Source of the DNA: a virus
Lineage: Duplodnaviria > Caudoviricetes
Direction: 5' to 3' (one strand)
IMG/VR virus record: IMGVR_UViG_3300037313_000574
Coordinates: 1-64,000 of that record
DNA length: 64,000 bases
Under the pieces are notes generated by a model, which searched no databases, was not told where the DNA came from, and saw nothing but the letters and a program-made list of their open reading frames with translations. Positions 61,401 to 64,000 of this stretch are shown one piece after another. Within the stretch, counting starts at the first letter, position 1; each line of letters starts with the position of its first letter. A program made the position numbers and the translations under genes.

Positions 61401-64000
61401 TGGGCGAAGCCTCGCTATTCGAGCAAGCCGCCGCCGTGGCCTCGGGCGATCCGCGCGCCATCCAGCTGGCCGGCTTGAAACAGGATGTGGAGCGCTTCGA
61501 GCGCCTGCAAGCCGCGCACGCCAATGAGCAAATCGCCGTGCGCAGTGCCTTAAAGAGCGCCGAATGGCAAAAACAGGATACCACTTCTAACATTGCCGCC
61601 CTGACCAAAGCCTATCAAGCCATCGGCGAAAAGTATTTTGCCTTCACCGCCGGCACGGTCGACGGCCGCGCCTATGACAAGGTGGGCGAGTTTGGCCAAG
61701 CCTTGAAAGATGCATTCAACAAGATCGCCAAGGAAGCCAAGGAATTTGCGCCAGCCGGCAATGACCGCGAAATCGGCAAGATTGGCGACAAGATCACCAT
61801 TCGCATGGTCGGCACCTTGGACAGCAAGGAAAAGCCGACCGGCAAGTTCAAGATTTACCTGTCCGTGGGCGGTATGAACTTGGACAGCCTGGTCTACAGC
61901 GATGTGCTGGGCGAGGAAGTGGATGCCGTGGGCCTGGGCCGGCGCGTGGGCAACCAGTTGAATGGCATCGAGCCAGAATTGAACAAGTCCAAGCGCAGCC
62001 TGACGCAAGCCGAAACCGATATCGTGCGCCTGACCAAGAAGATGGGCGCGCCGTTCGAGTATCAGCAAGAAATGCTGGACAAGTATGGGGAATTGAAGCG
62101 CCTGGAAGAAGAATTGCGGCAAGAAGGCTTGGCCGCTGCCCAGCAAGCCGCCGCGCAGCCGGAAGCGCCCGCCGTTATCAATGCGGACGGTGCCGCGCCA
62201 GGCGAAGCGGCGCAGGATGGCGACGTGCTGGCCTATTCCCGCGGCCCCAGCCCCGCCGCCGGCATGACACTGGAAGCCGCGCAAGCCGAAGTGGACCGCC
62301 TGAAAGCCGGCTGGGAGAATGCCCCGCGCATTACGGTGGTAGAGTCGGTTTCCAGCTTGCGCACCCTTCTGGCAGACCCGAACATTAAGGCGGATGCGCG
62401 CGGCATCTACTTGGACGGCCGTATCTGGATTGTGGCCGAAAACAACGGCTCGCCGCTGGACATGCAGACGACGCTATTCCATGAAGTCCATGGTCACGCT
62501 GGCTTGAGCGGGCTGTTTGGTGACGACTTGCGCAACCAGTTAATTGCGCTGTCCATGAAAAACGAGAATATCCGCGCGGCGGCTGCCCAGTGGCGCGCGG
62601 CCAATCAGGATATCCGCGATAACCTCGACGATGCAGCCTGGCTGTCGCTCTCGATCGAGGAGGCGCTGGCGGACATGGCAGGCGAAGGCCGTCAGCTCAA
62701 TGGCTTTGCCAAGTTCATGAACGCGCTCCAGTCAGCCCTGCGTGCGATCGGCTTCACGGAATTTGCCAACTGGCTGGGGAAACGCACCGATGCCGAGGCG
62801 CTGGCGATGCTTGCCAATGCCCGCCAATTCATCGAGCGCGGCGACCAGGCGCATGTATTCAGTGCGCAGGAGGCGCAGGAGTATGCCAATCCCGCAGACA
62901 AGATCAACAGCGCTGCATTCCGCAAGTGGTTTGGCGACTCTAAGGTGGTGGATGCCGATGGCAAGCCGCTTGTTGTATATCACGGTACGACCAGAGATTT
63001 CTCGCAGTTCGACCCGGAACGCGCTGAAACCGACTTCGGCTCATTCTTCACTGATCAAGCTGATCACGCACAGGAGTACAGCCAAGGCAACGGCGGGAAC
63101 ATGATGCCAGTATATTTGAGCATCAAAAATCCGTATGAAGTGACGAGCAGCCAATGGGCGTTAGCAGAAGGGTTATCACCAGAGCAAGCGCGTGATGCCG
63201 GGTATGACGGGTACAAAATAACCAGTCTGAATGGTAGCGCAGAGACTACTTGGGTCGCTTTCAGGCCGGAGCAAATTAAATCCGCCATCAGTAACAACGG
63301 CGATTTTGATCCTGCCAACCAGGATATCCGCTATTCCACCATCGGCAGCAAGGGTGCAGGCGCACAAATGGCGCTGGATTTTGCCGCCAGCGACAACATC
63401 CTGGAAGAACTGTCGCGGCACGATGAACTGTTCCGGCTGCCGAAATCCAACAAGGATACCGTCGCCGGCATCGCTGCCGATAACGATACTGGCATCACCG
63501 TGCGGGAATTCTTCAATATTCCCGGCGAGACGCGCTACAACTTCACCACACCGGACGGACAAGTGGCGCGCATGACCGTGCGCAAGTTCAATCCGCGCGC
63601 CAATCAACTCTACAGCTTTGATCTGGTCGATGGCGAAATGGTTGGCCAGGTCGATGAGCGCCCCGGCCGCAATGCCGAGGAAGTCGAAGGCAAGGATGAC
63701 CTGTGGCTGGATGTTTCCGGACTCAAGCCGGGTTCAGGGTACGGCGCCAAAATCTACAACATCGCCGCCACCTACGCGCACAATACCGGCAAGGTATTCA
63801 TCGGCGACCCGGCCGGTCTGTCGGACGATGCGATGCGGCGCCGGCCGGAGCAAATGCTGTCGTCTGCCCTGAAGTTCGGCACTACCGAGCACTTGGCCCC
63901 GCACCCCTGGCAAGTCGCCGGCGATCCGAAGATTGGCGTTCCGCGCCTGGATTGGGTGTATGGTGACCACATCGGCAATATCCAAAAACTCATCAAGTTG
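52421..64000 (+). CDS. giant DarB-like polyvalent protein, >3860 aa, truncated by window end
   Basis: ATG 52421 with AAGGA RBS; same frame verified at 54527, 56903, 59681, 62480 and 63962; the ORF track lists no terminated ORF in this frame. PPase-like DKDHIDVF, MTase EPGMGIG/GNPPF, SNF2 HAVGAGKT/DEAH, HEVHGH peptidase, ART YHGT. Confidence 0.92.
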   Translation, partial: MATKKPQPQYLQNEEAQPNWDAGEDFLKNLEANGNQDKPQEGAGILRTAGDMAIKGAQGVVGLGQSAVGLGSLATGGLVGEGMRAIGYDPKRTNDMLGEYLSDAQKASDAAVQKEDTFLGAVGAAVANPRAIVGSVVQSLPAMIAGMGAAGAAARAIGARAAAAYGGMGTEAGAVAAKAAIEQASGKLLATSAGIEGAQTAGQIADDAQAAGRAYSDYAPAALAAGAGTAAIGFGAGKLVGDAATDIATGAHTLKGSKLAKIGKEFLSEGALEEMPQSAQEQYFTNIANGEADPMKGVANAAGMGLVTGGVMGAGMGALHGHPQPESQPVPLADTGPLSRAANAVAAAQAAAQAARTGPIDYQRYDPPMLQPQQQSQELALQTPAENGIDFEPQPDARGALARQPIPELREATITTEAPAGYDNGVDFLSSNSEEPALPRDAASVEAQTFKSKGLAKIAMNQSKTTESHEVVPADDGNGFVVRPKFAAAPDQGIAGAGTKILRDGLAAISTLYQEGAADKQHADEAQAILAGLDDNSISVNEAQARFDAIYDEINTPAAVPGEDDLLTATPDETPALTEATPDAPSVDEIDLEETRIGLEVDQADLEALGEALANDMDPATGKKIASQGIRDQYQSEYENLQASVAAATEYLRQKNALIAPPPAPRADAAPATIDPIAEAANEAATSPLNDLPEPTQAQKEAGNYKKAHVRVHGLDITIENPVGSFRRGVDKDGTPWETEMQHHYGYIKGTVGMDKDHIDVFIGPNHESNKVFIVDQIDPSTGKPDEHKVMLGFDSMEQARAAYQANYADDWTGGKAITETTVQGFKDWLENGNTKKPFAQQAKKYPPAAQVEPQEITTNATQPEQVAEKAQEAAGTQAAQEDAPVAAVPAAEPVLSKQDLNKLTVKDMTDAQLLQARDVFDGGPRAPKIEKEIKKRGLDAAPEAAPAAPAQEGNANNPGTGNAKAAPGEKPTIETAMQEGSELRAVMEKDTYALPLIIRHPLEADAQGVIIGAKTSTDRVVEEGGDEYKELYDGFNNTRDYLRNTFGDTVTLYRADATQDEKRVENKPTLYFGTKKVASNFESKGRKVKAYDIKVDDIIAAPLFHNGYFDFVVRNPEYVEKGQDKGPQRATTMDEAKAAVRAYFDWYLRESPNAKEPMPGIHGGNAFTMDAGGAPFTKAGEILVNGPTGDLKFKYADLWKEAKEAAKPAPRGVLVKPAESKGETLQEPAPAKKKPTAKQKQAAAEEAMRKMLGAEVGDTITMTFKGSFGYLTSGKPMVIESINSDKSIYFRDPVNGSGTFESLSSMQAAARNSFVKLTWEVQPKAESKLAPAESAPAPTAAPVDTRPTLADEAAKAKAQADLMDGLADLANIFGKNAKLNITPEQEQKLLPVLTKVMDAAFRLGYYQFKDAARFVLTTIREKIGADVAEQITLDHVQGAYIGMAGKYKDQGASTKKEVIGVESLVELADVAENQDDNSAEPYKLEETTPQEEADNDSTASTDSPPVDFDLVAEQRPEGSAAPVRGAKPPRARSGRANDRSVRGPRGRAEKSNDGQLDLGDGAGNNPVSAGQNDAVAGSVQRVSADFRPAIGGLTREGSWFDTAGRNIDLIELAITIEKEGRAATPEEQAKLSKYVGFGASAIRNPLFPIPPSYAKQQDPNRLIWPQYVEPRWKPLAERLDALPREWQKSILQSSQYAHYTSEGMIRSIWSAMQRLGFTGGKIMEPGMGIGSFSMLMPDAVRLGSTYTGIEFDGPTALIAKLLSPDQNMIHGDFIKRKLPRDFFDAAIGNPPFSQTKVLADPDYEKHGFMLHDFFFAKSIDRVRPGGLLAFVTSKGTMDKQADKARKYLAERADLIGAIRLPSTAFEDNAGTSVVTDVIFLRKRAPGAAPAGAAWQNVAAVETKDGPAVINEYFAAHPEMVLGQNRISGNVDDEGRRINSNGMGGEKYTVVSYDKTPAELEAKFAAAIERLPENVYSVMNMSPEAIKAETAKVDFDPRIKRDGVVYVGDDGTLMRVEHGVGKPLGDSVKFTEKDHQWMKSYVGLRDLVQAARATQAQDGDWEKPLKALNKAYDKFRKEHGPINAFRTQVRKSTDEDGNPVETEIRIFTNRRRFREDYDAAIVTQLETINEAGEVVKAPFLLGRTIGKPVTRTIQSIGDALAVSLDALGKLNLADVAKRINLSEEEAIAALGDQVYKTPSGQWQLSDEYLSGDVVTKLEEAEEAARLDPSLKRNVEALKKAQPEKLGPSQISVKLGASWIPAEHVNAFAKEIEAGAVTFDSKTETWQVAGGNERSGRRAGAEYGTAARSPSELLEAALNSRSVKVTTKDADKKTVVDTEATTAANEALKKIKDKFKGWVWTDSSRAAELVESYNKRYNNIAPRLFDGSHLTLPGVSLRFKLHPHQLRAIWRVIQTGNTYLAHAVGAGKTIEMIAAGMEQKRLGLIKKPMYVVPNHMLEQFSNEFMELYPLANIMVADDENFSPERRRAFIASATLNNPDAIIITHDAFQRIGVKEESIAPIRDEILSDLEIELESMAKDSGARVRRGQLEQQIEAVTQRFDRIIAAGGKDSTIKFEDIGADFIFADEAHVYRKLDFHTAQQIKGIDPNGSKRALDMYVKTRYLEKQRPGRSMGFASGTPVTNTMGELYTIMRFFAADELDRAGISSFDAWARMFGEVVPALEPNAAGKYEIVERFARFDNVPELMSRVRQFMDVLTSEHLGALVKRPDLKGGKPSLNIVAPTAALDAYMKGELARRIEASKKWKPSKDEPSNPDPIVAIITDGRFAAIDPRFFGGDLEEGDTSIIHEMADKVAAEYHATADNVYLDKQQKPEPIKGGTQIVFYNLGFGAASQANRGFNARAAFTKRLTDGGVKRSEIAWFDDANTDAKKEAIFKAMRAGQIRVLIGSAKKMGTGVNVQKRLTKLHYQDPPWFPADVEQPHGRIIRQGNQNGEVGIDWYTTKGTYQSTMWQMVARKQRFIDQAFTGDKNMRSMDDMGEASLFEQAAAVASGDPRAIQLAGLKQDVERFERLQAAHANEQIAVRSALKSAEWQKQDTTSNIAALTKAYQAIGEKYFAFTAGTVDGRAYDKVGEFGQALKDAFNKIAKEAKEFAPAGNDREIGKIGDKITIRMVGTLDSKEKPTGKFKIYLSVGGMNLDSLVYSDVLGEEVDAVGLGRRVGNQLNGIEPELNKSKRSLTQAETDIVRLTKKMGAPFEYQQEMLDKYGELKRLEEELRQEGLAAAQQAAAQPEAPAVINADGAAPGEAAQDGDVLAYSRGPSPAAGMTLEAAQAEVDRLKAGWENAPRITVVESVSSLRTLLADPNIKADARGIYLDGRIWIVAENNGSPLDMQTTLFHEVHGHAGLSGLFGDDLRNQLIALSMKNENIRAAAAQWRAANQDIRDNLDDAAWLSLSIEEALADMAGEGRQLNGFAKFMNALQSALRAIGFTEFANWLGKRTDAEALAMLANARQFIERGDQAHVFSAQEAQEYANPADKINSAAFRKWFGDSKVVDADGKPLVVYHGTTRDFSQFDPERAETDFGSFFTDQADHAQEYSQGNGGNMMPVYLSIKNPYEVTSSQWALAEGLSPEQARDAGYDGYKITSLNGSAETTWVAFRPEQIKSAISNNGDFDPANQDIRYSTIGSKGAGAQMALDFAASDNILEELSRHDELFRLPKSNKDTVAGIAADNDTGITVREFFNIPGETRYNFTTPDGQVARMTVRKFNPRANQLYSFDLVDGEMVGQVDERPGRNAEEVEGKDDLWLDVSGLKPGSGYGAKIYNIAATYAHNTGKVFIGDPAGLSDDAMRRRPEQMLSSALKFGTTEHLAPHPWQVAGDPKIGVPRLDWVYGDHIGNIQKLIKL
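56907..57203 (+). CDS. 98-aa overprinted ORF in the +1 frame inside the giant gene
   Basis: GAGGA RBS then ATG; helical protein-like sequence; the overlapping main frame becomes Arg/Gly-rich only here. Confidence 0.6.
   Translation: MIPPLQPIRLRSISTWLRNNAPKAALHPSEELNRRALDLDEQMIEAFEDREDALKNQMMANSTWGTEQGITQFPLDRMTLWQEVCSEFLPTSALQSED

Overview
The whole 64 kb window is one temperate phage/prophage segment, probably from a Betaproteobacteria host (inferred: Oxalobacteraceae-like). No integrase, att site, bacterial flank, tRNA, rRNA or CRISPR array is visible. Left to right: (1) leftward early/recombination arm (GNAT, RdgC, YqaJ exonuclease, RecT); (2) lambdoid immunity region with pL, pR, AAAC-N4-GTTT operators, an Arc-like gene, a secreted Cys-rich moron, and a CI/Cro pair whose CI has Ala in place of the catalytic Ser; (3) rightward early/replication region (DnaN-like clamp, adenine methyltransferase, DUF1376 initiator, an acyl carrier protein, VRR-NUC, Q-like regulator); (4) pR'/tR' late promoter with hairpin-rich leaders and small accessory genes; (5) podovirus-like morphogenesis (terminases, portal, scaffold, N4-gp56-type capsid), with a candidate anti-defence sponge cassette (Tad2/DUF2829 fusion plus a second two-domain protein) and large glycan-enzyme/FN3 proteins inserted; (6) lysis cassette, tail, AspH + GNAT, and ejection proteins; (7) a >3860-aa DarB-like polyvalent gene that runs off the right end and contains a probable overprinted gene. 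All family assignments come from recognising motifs by eye; no database search was run.
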